NCBI GenBank assembly: GCA_964016885.1
Contig: OZ024741.1
Span: 254,696,001 to 254,760,000, forward strand
Source: Eledone cirrhosa
Taxonomy: Eukaryota
Length of the DNA: 64,000 nucleotides
Direction: 5' to 3'
Part shown: positions 9,300 through 26,704 of the stretch, piece after piece
How positions within the stretch are numbered: the stretch's first letter is position 1
Layout: every line of letters begins with the position of its first letter
Translations under genes and position numbers: made by a program
The notes under the pieces: model-generated
The model's database searches: none
The model's input: only the letters and a program-made list of their open reading frames with translations
What the model was told of the DNA's origin: nothing

Positions 9300-12200
9300 A
9301 GCACTGACAACAACAACAACAACACTGGTACTGACAGAGAAAACAGCAACAACAACAACAATGGCACTGACAGAGAAAACAGCAACAACAACAACAACAC
9401 TGGCACTGAGAGAGAAAACAGCAACAACTACAACAACAACAATGGCACTGACAGAGAAAACAACAACAACAACACTGGCACAGAAAACAGCAACAACAAC
9501 ACTGGCGCAGAAAACAGCAACAACAACACTGGCACTGACAGAGAAAACAGTAACAACAACAACAATGGCACTGACAGAGAAAACAGCAACAACAACAACA
9601 ACACTGGCAGAGAAAAGAGCAACAACTACAACAACACTGGCACGGAAAACAGCAACAACAGCAACAACAACACTGACACTGACACAGAAAACAGCAGCAA
9701 CAGCAACAACAACACTGGCACTGACACAGAAAACAGCAACAACAACAACACTGGCACTGACAGAGAAAACAGCAACAACAACACTGGCACTGACACAGAA
9801 AACAGCAACAACAGCAACAGTGGCACTGACACAGAAAACAGCAACAGCAACACTGGAACTGACACAGAAAACAGCAAAAGTAACAACAACAACACTGGCA
9901 CTGACACAGAAAACAGCAACAACAACAACACTGGCACTGACAGTGAAAATAGCAACAGCAACAACACTGGCACTGACACAGAAAACAGCAACAACAACAA
10001 CACTGGCACTGACACAAAAAACAGCAACAACTACAACACTGGCACTGACAGAGAAAACAGCAACAACAACAACACTGGCACTGACACAGAAAACAGCAAC
10101 AACAACAACAACACTGGCACTGACACAGAAAACAGCAACAACTACAAAAACACTGGCACTGACAGAGAAAACAGCAACAACTACAACAACACTGGCACTG
10201 ACACAGAAAACAGCAACAACTACAACAACACTGGCACTGACAGAGAAAACAGCAACAACTACAACAACACTGGCACTGACAGAGAAAACAGCAACAACAG
10301 CAACAACACTGGCACTGACACAGAAAACAGCAACAACTACAACAACACTGGCACTGACACCGAAAACAGCAACAACTTCAACAACACTGGCACTGACAGA
10401 GAAAACAGCAACAACAACAACACTGGCACTGACACAGAAAACAGCAACAACTACAACAACACTGGCACTGACAGAGAAAACAGCAACAACTACAACAACA
10501 CTGGCACTGACAGAGAAAACAGCAACAACAACAACACTGGCACTGACACAGACAACAGCAACAACAACAACACTGGCACTGACAGAGAAAACAACAACAA
10601 CAACACTGGCACTGACAGAGAAAACAGCAACAACAACACCGGCACTGACACAGAAAACAGCAACAACTACAACAACACTGGCACTGACAGAGAAAACAGC
10701 AACAACTACAACAATACTGGCACTGACAGAGAAAACAGCAACAACAACAACACTGGCACTAACACAGAAAACAGCAACAACTACAACACTGGCACTGACA
10801 GAGAAAACAGCACCAACTACAACAACACTGGCACTGACAGAGAAAACAGCAACAGCAACAACACTGGCACTGACACAGAAAACAGCAACAAAAGCAACAA
10901 CAACACTGGCACTGACACAGAAAACAGCAACAACAGCAATAACAATGGCACTGACACAGAAAACAGCAACAACAACAACACTGGCACTGACAGAGAAAAC
11001 AGCAACAACACTGGCACTGACAGAGAAAACAGCAACAACTACAACAACACTGGCACTGACAGAGAAAACAACAACAACAACAACACTGGCACTGACACAG
11101 AAAACAGCAACGACTACAACAACACTGGCACTGACAGAGAAAACAGCAACAACTACAACAACACTGGCACTGACAGAGAAAACAGCAACAACTACAACAA
11201 CACTGGCACTGACACAGAAAACAGCAACAACTACAACACTGGCACTGACACAGAAAACAGCAACAACTACAACAACACTGGCACTGACAGAGAAAACAGC
11301 AACAACAACACTGGCACTGACACAGAAAACAGCAACAACTACAACAACACTGGCATTGACAGAGAAAACAGCAACAACTACAACAACACTGGCACTGACA
11401 CAGAAAACAGCAACGACTACAACAACACTGGCACTGACACAGAAAACAGCAACAACAGCAACACTGGCACTGACACAGAAAACAGCAACAACTACAACAA
11501 CACTGGCACTGACAGAGAAAACAGCAACAACTACAACAACACTGGCACTGACAGAGAAAACAGCAACAACAACAACACTGGCACTGACACAGAAAACAGC
11601 AACAACTACAACAACACTGGCACTGACAGAGAAAACAGCAACAACTACAACAACACTGGCACTGACAGAGAAAACAGCAACAGCAACAACACTGGCACTG
11701 ACACAGAAAACAGCAACAACAACAACACTGGCACTGACACAGAAAACAGCAACAACTACAACAACACTGGCACTGACAGAGAAAACAGCAACAACTAAAA
11801 CACTGGCACTGACAGACAAAACAGCAAAAACAACAACAACACTGGCACTGACAGAGAAAACAGCAACAACTACAACACTGGCACTGACACAGAAAACAGC
11901 AACAACTAAAACAACACTGGCACTGACAGAGAAAACGGCAACAACTACAACAACACTGGCACTGACAGAGAAAACAGCAACAACAACACTGGCACTGACA
12001 CAGAAAACAGCAACAACTACAACAACACTGGCACTGACAGAGAAAACAGCAACAACAACACCGGCACTGACACAGAAAACAGCAACAACTACAACAACAC
12101 TGGCACTGACAGAGAAAACAACAACAACAACAACACTGGCACTGACAGAGAAAACAGCAACAACTACAACAACACTGGCACTGACAGAGAAAACAGCAAC

Positions 12201-15200
12201 AACTACAACAACACTGGCACTGACAGAGAAAACAGCAACAACAACAACACTGGCACTGACACAGAAAACAGCAAGAACAGCAACAACAACAGCGGTACTG
12301 ACACAGAAAACAGCAACAGTAACAACAACAACTCTGGCACTGACACAGAAAACAGCAACAGTAACAACAACAACACTGGCACTGACACAGAAAACAGCAA
12401 CAACAACAACAACACTGGCACTGACACAGAAAACAGCAACAACAACAACACTGGCACTGACAGTGAAAATAACAACAACAACAACACTGGCACTGACAGA
12501 GAAAACAGCAACAACAACAACACTGGCACTGACAGAGAAAACAGCAACAACTACAACACTGGCACTGACAGAGAAAACAGCAACAACAACAACAACACTG
12601 GCACTGACAGAGAAAACAGCAACAACTACAACAACACTGGCACTGACACAGAAAACAGCAACAACTACAACAAAACTGGCACTGACAGAGAAAACAGCAA
12701 CAACTACAACAACACTGGCACTGACAGAGAAAACAGCAACAACAACAACACTGGCACTGACACAGAAAACAGCAACAACTACAACAACACTGGCACTGAC
12801 AGAGAAAACAGCAACAACTACAACAACACTGGCACTGACACAGAAAACAGCAACAACTACAACAACACTGGCACTGACAGAGAAAACAGCAACAACAACA
12901 ACACTGGCACTGACAGAGAAAACAGCAACAACTACAACAACACTGGCAATGACACAGAAAACAGCAACAACTACAACAACACTGGCACTGACACAGAAAA
13001 CAGCAACAACTACAACAACACTGGCACTGACACAGAAAACAGCAACAACAACAACACTTGCACTGACACAGAAAACAGCAACAACAACAACACTGGCACT
13101 GACAGAGAAAACAGCAACAACAACAACACCGGCACTGACACAGAAAACAGCAACAACTACAATAACACTGGCACTGACAGAGAAAACAGCAACAACTAAA
13201 ACAACACTGGCACTGACAGAGAAAACAGCAACAACTACAACAACACTGGCACGGAAAACAGCAACAACTACAACAACACTGGCACTGACAGAGAAAACAG
13301 CAACAACAACAACACTGGCACTGACAGAGAAAACAGCAACAACAACAACACTGGCACTGACAAAGAAAACAGCAACAACAACAACACTGGCACTGACAGA
13401 GAAAACAGCAACAACAACAACTCCGGCACTGACACAGAAAACAGCAACAACTACAACAACACTGGCACTGAGAGAGAAAACAGCAACAACTAAAACAACA
13501 CTGGCACTGACACAGAAAACAGCAACAACTACAACAACACTGGCACGGAAAACAGCAACAACTACAACAACACTGGCACTGACAGAGAAAACAGCAACAG
13601 CAACAACACTGGCACTGACACAGAAAACAGCAACAACAGCAACAACAACACTGGCACTGATACAGAAAACAGCAACAACAGCAATAACAATGGCACTGAC
13701 ACAGAAAACAGCAACAACAACAACACTGGCACTGACAGAGAAAACAGCAACAACACTGGCACTGACAGAGAAAACAGCAACAACTACAACACTGGCACTG
13801 ACACAGAAAACAGCAACAACAACAGTGGCACTGACACAGAAAACAGCAACAACTACAACAACACTGGCACTGACAGAGAAAACAGCAACAACAACAACAC
13901 TGGCACTGACACAGAAAACAGGAACAACTACAACAACACTGGCACTGACAGAGAAAGCAGCAACAACTACAACAACACTGGCACTGACAGAGAAAACAGC
14001 AACAGCAACAATGGCACTGACACAGAAAACAGCAACAACTACAACAACACTGGCACTAACACAGAAAACAGCAACAACTACAACATCACTGGCACTGACA
14101 GAGAAAACAGCAACAGCAACAACACTGGCACTGACAGTGAAAATAGCAACAACAACAACACTGGCACTGACACAGAAAACAGCAACAACAACAACACTGA
14201 CACAGAAAACAGCAACAACTACAACAACACTGGCACTGACAGAGAAAACAGCAACAACTACAACACTGGCACTGACAGAGAAAACAGCAACAATAACAAC
14301 AACAACACTGGCACTGACAGAGAAAACAGCAACAACTACAACAACACTGGCAGAGAAAACAGCAACAACTACAACAACACTGGCACTGACAGAGAAAACA
14401 GCAACTACAACAACACTGGCACTGACAGAGAAAAGAGCAACAACTACAACAACACTGGCACTGACACAGAAAACAGCAACAACTACAACACTGGCACTGA
14501 CACAGAAAACAGCAACAACTACAACAACACTGGCACTGACAGAGAAAACAGCAACAACAACAACACTGGCACTGACACAGAAAACTGCAACAACTACAAC
14601 AACACTGGCACTGAGGGAAAACAGCAACAACTGCAACAACACTGGCACTGACAGAGAAAACAGCAACAACAACACTGGCACTGACACAGAAAACAGCAAC
14701 AACTACAACAACACTGGCACTGACAGAGAAAACAGCAACAACTACAACAACACTGGCACTGACAGAGAAAACAGCAACAGCAACAACACTGGCACTGACA
14801 CAGAAAACAGCAACAACAGCAACAACAACACTGGCACTGACACAGAAAACAGCAACAACAGCAACAGCAACACTGGCACTGACAGAGAAAACAGCAACAA
14901 CAACAACACTGGCACTGACAGACAAAACAGCAAAAACAACAACAGCACTGGCACTGACAGAGAAAACAGCAACAACTACAACACTGGCACTGACACAGAA
15001 AACAGCAACAACTACAACAACACTGGCACTGACAGAGAAAACGGCAACAACTACAACAACACTGGCACTGACAGAGAAAACAGCAACAACAACACTGGCA
15101 CTGACACAGAAAACAGCAACAACTACAACAACACTGGCACTGACAGAGAAAACAGCAACAACTACAACAACACTGGCACTGACAGAGAAAACAGCAACAA

Positions 15201-18200
15201 CTACAACAACACTGGCACTGACACAGAAAACAGCAACAACTACAACAACACTGGCACTGACAGAGAAAACAGCAACAACTACAACAACATTGGCACTGAC
15301 AGAGAAAACAGCAACAGCAACAACACTGGCACTGACACAGAAAACAGCAACAACAGCAACAACAACACTGGCACTGACACAGATAACAGCAACAACAGCA
15401 ACAACAACACTGGCACTGACACAGAAAACAGCAACAACAACAACACTGACACTGATAGAGAAAACAGCAACAACTACAACAACACTGGCACTGACACAGA
15501 AAACAGCAACAACAACAACACTGGTACTGACAGAGAAAACAGCAACAACAACAACACTGGCACTGACACAGAAAACAGCAACAACAGTGGCACTGACAGA
15601 GAAAACAGCAACAACTACAACAACACTGGCACTGACACAGAAAACAGCAACAACAACAACACTGGCACTGACAGAGAAAACAGCAACAACAATAACACCG
15701 GCACTGACACAGAAAACAGCAACAACTACAACAACACTGGCACTGACAGAGAAAACAGCAACAACTACAACAACACTGGCACTGACACAGAAAACAGCAA
15801 CAACAACAACACTGGCACTGACAGAGAATACAGCAACAACAACAACACTGGCACTGACACAGAAAACAGCAACAACAGTGGCACTGACACAGAAAACAGC
15901 AACAACAGTGGCACTGACACAGAAAACAGCAACAACAACAACACTGGCACTGACACAGAAAACAGCAACAACAACAACACTGGCACTGACACAGAAAACA
16001 GCAACAACTACAACAACACTGGCACTGACAGAGAAAACAGCAACAACAACAACACTGGCACTGACACAGAAAACAGCAACTACAACAACACTGGCACTGA
16101 CAGAGAAAACAGCAACAACTACAACAACACTGGCACTGACAGAGAAAACAGCAACAACTACAACAACACTGGCACTGACACAGAAAACAGCAACAACTAC
16201 AACAACACTGGCACTGACACAGAAAACAGCAACAACAACAACACTGGCACTGACAGAGAAAACAGCAACAACAACAACACCGGCACTGACACAGAAAACA
16301 GCAACAACTACAACAACACTGGCACTGACAGAGAAACAGCAACAACTAAAACAACACTGGCACTGACACAGAAAACAGCAACAACTACAACAACACTGGC
16401 ACGGAAAACAGCAACAACTACAACAAAACTGGCACTGACAGAGAAAACAGCAACAGCAACAACACTGGCACTGACACAGAAAACAGCAACAACAGCAACA
16501 ACAACACTGGCACTGACACAGAAAACAGAAACAACAGCAATAACAATGGCACTGACTCAGAAAACAGCAACAACAACAACACTGGCACTGACAGAGAAAA
16601 CAGCAACAACACTGGCACTGACAGAGAAAACAGCAACAACTACAACACTGGCACTGACACAGAAAACAGCAACAACAACAGTGGCACTGACACAGAAAAC
16701 AGCAACAACTACAACAACACTGGCACTGACAGAGAAAAACAGCAACAACAACAACACTGGCACTGACACAGAAAACAGCAACAACTACAACAACACTGGC
16801 ACTGACAGAGAAAGCAGCAACAACTACAACAACACTGGCACTGACAGAGAAAACAGCAACAGCAACAATGGCACTGACACAGAAAACAGCAACAACTACA
16901 ACAACACTGGCACTAACACAGAAAACAGCAACAACTACAACATCACTGGCACTGACAGAGAAAACAGCAACAGCAACAACACTGGCACTGACAGTGAAAA
17001 TAGCAACAACAACAACACTGGCACTGACACAGAAAACAGCAACAACAACAACACTGACACAGAAAACAGCAACAACTACAACAACACTGGCACTGACAGA
17101 GAAAACAGCAACAACTACAACACTGGCACTGACAGAGAAAACAGCAACAACAACAACAACAACACTGGCACTGACAGAGAAAACAGCAACAACTACAACA
17201 ACACTGGCACTGACAGAGAAAACAGCAACAACTACAACAACACTGGCACTGACAGAGAAAACAGCAACTACAACAACACTGGCACTGACAGAGAAAACAG
17301 CAACAACTACAACAACACTGGCACTGACACAGAAAACAGCAACAACTACAACACTGGCACTGACACAGAAAACAGCAACAACTACAACAACACTGGCACT
17401 GACAGAGAAAACAGCAACAACAACAACACTGGCACTGACACAGAAAACTGCAACAACTACAACAACACTGGCACTGAGAGAAAACAGCAACAACTACAAC
17501 AACACTGGCACTGACAGAGAAAACAGCAACAACAACACTGGCACTGACACAGAAAACAGCAACAACTACAACAACACTGGCACTGACAGAGAAAACAGCA
17601 ACAACTACAACAACACTGGCACTGACAGAGAAAACAGCAACAGCAACAACACTGGCACTGACACAGAAAACAGCAACAACAACACTGGCACTGACACAGA
17701 AAACAGCAACAACAGCAACAACAACACTGGCACTGACACAGAAAACAGCAACAACAGCAACAACAACACTGGCACTGACAGAGAAAACAGCAACAACAAC
17801 AACACTGGCACTGACAGAGAAAACAGCAACAACAACAACACTGGCACTGACACAGAAAACAGCAACAACAGTGGCACTGACACAGAAAACAGCAACAACT
17901 ACAACAACACTGGCACTGACAGAGAAAACAGCAACAACAACAACACTGGCACTGACACAGAAAACAGCAACAACTACAACAACACTGGCACTGACAGAGA
18001 AAGCAGCAACAATTACAACAACACTGGCACTGACAGAGAAAACAGCAACAACTACATCACTGGCACTGACAGAGAAAACAGCAACAACTACATCACTGGC
18101 ACTGACAGAGAAAACAGCAACAGCAACAACACTGGCACTGACAGTGAAAATAGCAACAACAACAACACTGGCACTGACACAGAAAACAGCAACAACAACA

Positions 18201-21200
18201 ACACTGGCACTGACACAGAAAACAGCAACAACTACAACAACACTGGCACTGACAGAGAAAACAGCAACAACAACAACACTGGCACTGACAGACAAAACAG
18301 CAAAAACAACAACAGCACTGGCACTGACAGAGAAAACAGCAACAACTACAACACTGGCACTGACACAGAAAACAGCAACAACTACAACAACACTGGCACT
18401 GACAGAGAAAACGGCAACAACTACAACAACACTGGCACTGACAGAGAAAACAGCAACAACAACACTGGCACTGACACAGAAAACAGCAACAACTACAACA
18501 ACACTGGCACTGACAGAGAAAACAGCAACAACTACAACAACACTGGCACTGACAGAGAAAACAGCAACAACTACAACAACACTGGCACTGACACAGAAAA
18601 CAGCAACAACTACAACAACACTGGCACTGACAGAGAAAACAGCAACAACTACAACAACACTGGCACTGACAGAGAAAACAGCAACAACTACAACAACACT
18701 GGCACTGACACAGAAAACAGCAACAACTACAACAACACTGGCACTGACACAGAAAACAGCAACAACTACAACAACACTGGCACTGACACAGAAAACAACA
18801 ACAACAACAACAACACTGGCACTGACAGAGAAAACAGCAACAACAACAACACTGGCACTGACACAGAAAACAGCAATAACAACAACACTGGCACTGACAG
18901 AGAAAACAGCAACAACAACAACACCGGCACTGACACAGAAAACAGCAACAACTACAACAACACTGGCACTGACAGAGAAAACAGCAACAACTACAACAAC
19001 ACTGGCACTGACAGAGAAAACAACAACAACAACACTGGCACTGACACAGAAAACAGCAACAACTACAACAACACTGGCACTGACAGAGAAAACAGCAACA
19101 ACTACAACAACACTGGCACTGACAGAGAAAACAGCAACAGCAACAACACTGGCACTGACACAGAAAACAGCAACAACAGCAACAACAACACTGGCACTGA
19201 CACAGATAACAGCAACAACAGCAACAACAACACTGGCACTGACACAGAAAACAGCAACAACAACAACACTGACACTGACAGAGAAAACAGCAACAACTAC
19301 AACAACACTTGCACTGACACAGAAAACAGCAACAACAGTGGCACTGACACAGAAATCAGCAACGACTACAACACTGGCACTGACACAGAAAACAGCAACA
19401 ACTACAACAACACTGGCACTGACACAGAAAACAGCAACAACTACAACACTGGCACTGACACAGAAAACAACAACAACAACAACACTGGCACTGACAGAGA
19501 AAACAGCAACAACAACACTGGCACTGACACAGAAAACAGCAACAACTACAACAACACTGGCACTGACAGAGAAAACAGCAACAACTACAACAACACTGGC
19601 ACTGACAGAGAAAACAGCAACAGCAACAACACTGGCACTGACACAGAAAACAGCAACAACAGCAACAACAACACTGGCACTGACACAGATAACAGCAACA
19701 ACAGCAACAACAACACTGGCACTGACACAGAAAACAGCAACAACAACAACACTGGTACTGACAGAGAAAACAGCAACAACAACAACACTGGCACTGACAC
19801 AGAAAACAGCAACAACAGTGGCACTGACACAGAAATCAGCAACGACTACAACACTGGCACTGACACAGAAAACAGCAACAACTACAACAACACTGGCACT
19901 GACACAGAAAACAGCAACAACTACAACACTGGCACTGACACAGAAAACAACAACAACAACAACACTGGCACTGACAGAGAAAACAGCAACAACAAATACA
20001 CTGGCACTGACACAGAAAACAGCAACAACAACAACACTGGCACTGACAGAGAAAACAGCAACAACAACAACACCGGCACTGACACAGAAAACAGCAACAA
20101 CAACACTGGCACTGACAGAGAAAACAGCAACAACTACAACAACACTGGCACTGACAGAGAAAACAACAACAATAACACTGGCACTGACACAGAAAACAGC
20201 AACAACTACAACAACACTGGCACTGACAGAGAAAACAGCAACAACTACAACAACACTGGCACTGACAGAGAAAACAGCAACAGCAACAACACTGGCACTG
20301 ACACAGAAAACAGCAACAACAGCAACAACAACACTGGCACTGACACAGAAAACAGCAACAACTACAACAACACTGGCACTGACACAGAAAACAACAACAA
20401 CAACAACACTGGCACTGACAGAGAAAACAGCAACAACAACAACACTGGCACTGACACAGAAAACAGCAATAACAACAACACTGGCACTGACAGAGAAAAC
20501 AGCAACAACAACAACACCGGCACTGACACAGAAAACAGCAACAACTACAACAACACTGGCACTGACAGAGAAAACAGCAACAACTACAACAACACTGGCA
20601 CTGACAGAGAAAACAACAACAACACTGGCACTGACACAGAAAACAGCAACAACTACAACAACACTGGCACTGACAGAGAAAACAGCAACAACTACAACAA
20701 CACTGGCACTGACAGAGAAAACAGCAACAGCAACAACACTGGCACTGACACAGAAAACAGCAACAACAGCAACAACAACACTGGCACTGACACAGATAAC
20801 AGCAACAACAGCAACAACAACACTGGCACTGACACAGAAAACAGCAACAACAACAACACTGACACTGACAGAGAAAACAGCAACAACTACAACAACACTG
20901 GCACTGACACAGAAAACAGCAACAACAACAACACTGGTACTGACAGAGAAAACAGCAACAACAACAACACTGGCACTGACACAGAAAACAGCAACAACAG
21001 TGGCACTGACACAGAAATCAGCAACGACTACAACACTGGCACTGACACAGAAAACAGCAACAACTACAACAACACTGGCACTGACACAGAAAACAGCAAC
21101 AACTACAACACTGGCACTGACACAGAAAACAACAACAACAACAACACTGGCACTGACAGAGAAAACAGCAACAACAAATACACTGGCACTGACACAGAAA

Positions 21201-24200
21201 ACAGCAACAACAACAACACTGGCACTGACAGAGAAAACAGCAACAACAACAACACCGGCACTGACACAGAAAACAGCAACAACAACACTGGCACTGACAG
21301 AGAAAACAGCAACAACTACAACAACACTGGCACTGACAGAGAAAACAACAACAACAACACTGGCACTGACACAGAAAACAGCAACAACTACAACAACACT
21401 GGCACTGACAGAGAAAACAGCAACAACTACAACAACACTGGCACTGACAGAGAAAACAGCAACAGCAACAACACTGGCACTGACACAGAAAACAGCAACA
21501 ACAGCAACAACAACACTGGCACTGACACAGATAACAGCAACAACAGCAACAACAACACTGGCACTGACACAGAAAACAGCAACAACAACAACACTGACAC
21601 TGACAGAGAAAACAGCAACAACTACAACAACACTGGCACTGACACAGAAAACAGCAACAACAACAACACTGGCACTGACAGAGAAAACAGCAACAACAAT
21701 AACACCGGCACTGACACAGAAAACAGCAACAACTACAACAACACTGGCACTGACAGAGAAAACAGCAACAACTACAACAACACTGGCACTGACAGAGAAA
21801 ACAACAACAACAACACTGGCACTGACACAGAAAACAGCAACAACTACAACAACACTGGCACTGACAGAGAAAACAGCAACAACTACAACAACACTGGCAC
21901 TGACAGAGAAAACAGCAACAGCAACAACACTGGCACTGACACAGAAAACAGCAACAACAGCAACAACAACACTGGCACTGACACAGATAACAGCAACAAC
22001 AGCAACAACAACACTGGCACTGACACAGAAAACAGCAGCAACAACAACACTGACACTGACAGAGAAAACAGCAACAACTACAACACTGGCACTGACACAG
22101 AAAACAGCAACAACAACAACACTGGCACTGACAGAGAAAACAGCAACAACAACAACACTGGCACTGACACAGAAAACAGCAACAACAGTGGCACTGACAC
22201 AGAAAACAGCAACAACAGTGGCACTGACACAGAAAACAGCAACAACTACAACACTGGCACTGACACAGAAAACAGCAACAACTACAACAACACTGGCACT
22301 GACAGAGAAAACAGCAACAACAACAACACTGGCACTGACACAGAAAACAGCAACTACAACAACACTGGCACTGACAGAGAAAACAGCAACAACTACAACA
22401 ACACTGGCACTGACAGAGAAAACAGCAACAACTACAACAACACTGGCACTGACACAGAAAACAACAACAACTACAATAACACTGGCACTGACACAGAAAA
22501 CAGCAACAACTACAACACTGGCACTGACACAGAAAACAGCAACAACAACAACACTGGCACTGACAGAGAAAACAGCAACAACAACAACACTGGCACTGAC
22601 AGAGAAAACAGCAACAACAACACCGGCACTGACACAGAAAACAGCAACAACTACAACACTGGCACTGACACAGAAAACAGCCACAGCAACAACAACAACA
22701 CTGGCACTGACACAGAAAACAGCAACAACAACAACACTGGCAGAGAAAACAGCAACAGCAAGAACACTGGCACTGACACAGAAAACAGCAACAACAACAA
22801 CAACACTGGCACGGAAAACAGCAACAACAGCAACAACAACACTGGCACTGACACAGAAAACAGCAACAACAGCAACAACAACACTGGCACTGACACAGAA
22901 AACAGCAACAACAACAGTGGCACTGACACAGAAAACAGCAACAGCAACAACACTGTAACTGACACAGAAAACAGCAACAGTAACAACAACAACACTGGCA
23001 CTGACACAGAAAACAGCAACAACAACAACACTGGCACTGACACAGAAAACAGCAACAACAACAACACTGGCACTGACAGTGAAAATAGCAACAACAACAA
23101 CACTGGCACTGACAGAGAAAACAGCAACAACAACACTGGCACTGACACAGAAAACAGCAACAACAACAACACTGGCACTGACACAGAAAACAGCAACAAC
23201 TACAACAACACTGGCACTGACAGAGAAAACAGCAACAACTACAACACTGGCACTGACAGAGAAAACAGCAACAACAACAACACTGGCACTGACAGAGAAA
23301 ACAGCAACAACTACAACAACACTGGCACTGACACAGAAAACAGCAACAACTACAACAACACTGGCACTGACAGAGAAAACAGCAACAACAACAACACTGG
23401 CACTGACACAGAAAACAGCAACAACTACAACAACACTGGCACTGACAGAGAAAACAGCAACAACTACAACAACACTGGCACTGACACAGAAAACAGCAAC
23501 AACTACAACAACACTGGCATTGACAGAGAAAACAGCAACAACAACAACAACACTGGCACTGACAGAGAAAACAGCAACAACAACACTGGCACTGAGAGAG
23601 AAAACAGCAACAACTACAACAACACTGGCACTGACACAGAAAACAGCAACAACTACAACAACACTGGCACTGACAGAGAAAACAGCAACAACTACAACAA
23701 CACTGGCACTGACAGAGAAAACAGCAACAACAACAACACTGGCACTGACACAGAAAACAGCAACAACTACAACAACATTGGCACTGACACAGAAAACAGC
23801 AACAACTACAACAACACTGGCACTGACAGAGAAAACAGCAACAACTACAACAACACTGGAACTGACACAGAAAACAGCAACAGCTACAACACTGGCACTG
23901 ACACAGAAAACAGCAACAACTACAACAACACTGGCACTGACAGAGAAAACAGCAACAACAACAACACTGGCACTGACAGAGAAAACAGCAACAACTACAA
24001 CAACACTGGCACTGACAAAGAAAACAGCAACAACACTGGCACTGACAGAGAAAACAGCAACAACTACAACAACACTGGCACTGACACAGAAAACAGCAAC
24101 AACTACAACAACACTGGCACTGACAGAGAAAACAGCAACAACTACAACAACACTGGCACTGACAGAGAAAACAGCAACAACAACAACACTGGCACTGACA

Positions 24201-26504
24201 CAGAAAACAGCAACAACTACAACAACACTGGCACTGACGCAGAAAACAGCAACAACTACAACACTGGCACTGACCGAGAAAACAGCAACAACTACAACAC
24301 TGGCACTGACACAGAAAACAGCAACAGCTACAACAACACAGGCACTGACAGAGAAAACAGCAACAACAACACTGGCAATGACAGAGAAAACAGCAACAAC
24401 AACAATACTGGCACTGACAGAGAAAACAGCAACAACAACAACACCGGCACTGACACAGAAAACAGCAACAACTACAACAGCACTGGCACTGACACAGAAA
24501 ACAGCAACAACAACACTGGCACTGACAGAGAAAACAGCAACAACAACAACACTGGCACTGACACAGAAAACAGCAACAACAACAACACCGGCACTGACAC
24601 AGAAAACAGCAACAACTACAACAACACTGGCACTGACACAGAAAACAGCAACAGCAACAACAACAACGCTGGAACTGACACAGAAAACAGCAACAGTAAC
24701 AACAACAACACTGGCAGTGACAGAGAAAACAGCAACAGCAAGAACACTGGCACTGACACAGAAAACAGCAACAACTACAACAACACTGGCACGGAAAACA
24801 GCAACAACAGCAACAACAACACTGGCACTGACACAGAAAACAGCAACAACAACACTGGCACTGACACAGAAAACAGCAACAACAGCAACAACACTGGCAC
24901 TGGCACAGAAAACAGCAACAGCAACAACAACACTGGAACTGACACAGAAAACAGCAACAGTAACAACAACACTGGCACTGACACAGAAAACAGCAACAAC
25001 AACACTGGCACTGACACAGAAAACAGCAACAACAACAACACTAGCACTGACAGTGAAAATAGCAACAACAACAACATTGGCACTGACAGAGAAAACAGCA
25101 ACAACAACAACACTGGCACTGACACAGAAAACAGCAACAACTACAACAACACTGGCACTGACAGAGAAAACAGCAACAACTACAACAACACTGGCACTGA
25201 CAGAGAAAACAGCAACAACTACAACAACACTGGCACTGACACAGAAAACAGCAACAACAACACTGGCACTGACACAGAAAACAGCAACAACTACAACACT
25301 GGCACTGACAGAGAAAACAGCAACAACAACAACAACACTGGCACTGACAGAGAAAACAGCAACAACTACAACAACACTGGCACTGACAGAGAAAATAGCA
25401 ACAACAACAACACTGGCACTGACACAGAAAACAGCAACAACTACAACAACACTGGCACTGACACAGAAAACAGCAACAACTACAACAACACTGGCACTGA
25501 CAGAGAAAACAGCAACAACTACAACAACACTGGAACTGACACAGAAAACAGCAACAGCTACAACAACACTGGCACTGACACAGAAAACAGCAACAACTAC
25601 AACAACACTGGCACTGACAGAGAAAACAGCAACAACTACAACACTGGCACTGACAGAGAAAACAGCAACAACTACAACAACACTGGCACTGACAGAGGAA
25701 ACAGCAACAACAACAACACTGGCACTGACAGAGAAAACAGCAACAACTACAACAACACTGGCACTGACAGAGAAAACAGCAACAACACTGGCACTGACAG
25801 AGAAAACAGCAACAACTACAACAACACTGGCACTGACACAGAAAACAGCAACAACTACAACAACACTGGCACTGACAGAGAAAACAGCAACAACTACAAC
25901 AACACTGGCACTGACAGAGAAAACAGCAACAACAACAACACTGGCACTGACACAGAAAACAGCAACAACTACAACAACACTGGCACTGACGCAGAAAACA
26001 GCAACAACTACAACAACACTGGCACTGACAGAGAAAACTGCAACAACTACAACACTGGCACTGACACAGAAAACAGCAACAGCTACAACAACACTGGCAC
26101 TGACACAGAAAACAGCAACAACTACAACAACACTGGCTCTGACAGAGAAAACAGCAACAACTACAACAACACAGGCACTGACAGAGAAAACAGCAACAAC
26201 TACAACAACACTCGCACTGACAGAGAAAACAGCAACAACAACAACACTGGCACTGACAGAGAAAACAGCAACAACAACAACACCGGCACTGACACAGAAA
26301 ACAGCAACAACTACAACAGCACTGGCACTGACACAGAAAACAGCAACAACAACACTGGCACTGACAGAGAAAACAGCAACAACAAAAACACTGGCACTGA
26401 CACAGAAAACAGCAACAACAACACCGGCACTGACACAGAAAACAGCAACAACTACAACAACACTGGCACTGACACAGAAAACAGCAACAGCAACAACAAC
26501 AACA
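9300..26504. repeat. Minisatellite of at least 17 kb, unit ACTGGCACTGACASAGAAAACAGC(AAC/TAC)n (~27-42 bp)
   Basis: Continuous tandem array running into the assembly gap, with internal block duplications (for example ~13500-14600 recurs at +2856). Confidence 0.97.
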
Positions 26505-26704
26505 NNNNNNNNNNNNNNNNNNNNNNNNNNNNNNNNNNNNNNNNNNNNNNNNNNNNNNNNNNNNNNNNNNNNNNNNNNNNNNNNNNNNNNNNNNNNNNNN
26601 NNNNNNNNNNNNNNNNNNNNNNNNNNNNNNNNNNNNNNNNNNNNNNNNNNNNNNNNNNNNNNNNNNNNNNNNNNNNNNNNNNNNNNNNNNNNNNNNNNNN
26701 NNNN
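26505..26704. other. Assembly gap (200 N)
   Basis: N run. The round size suggests a scaffolding placeholder, so true distance and orientation across it are unknown. Confidence 0.99.
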
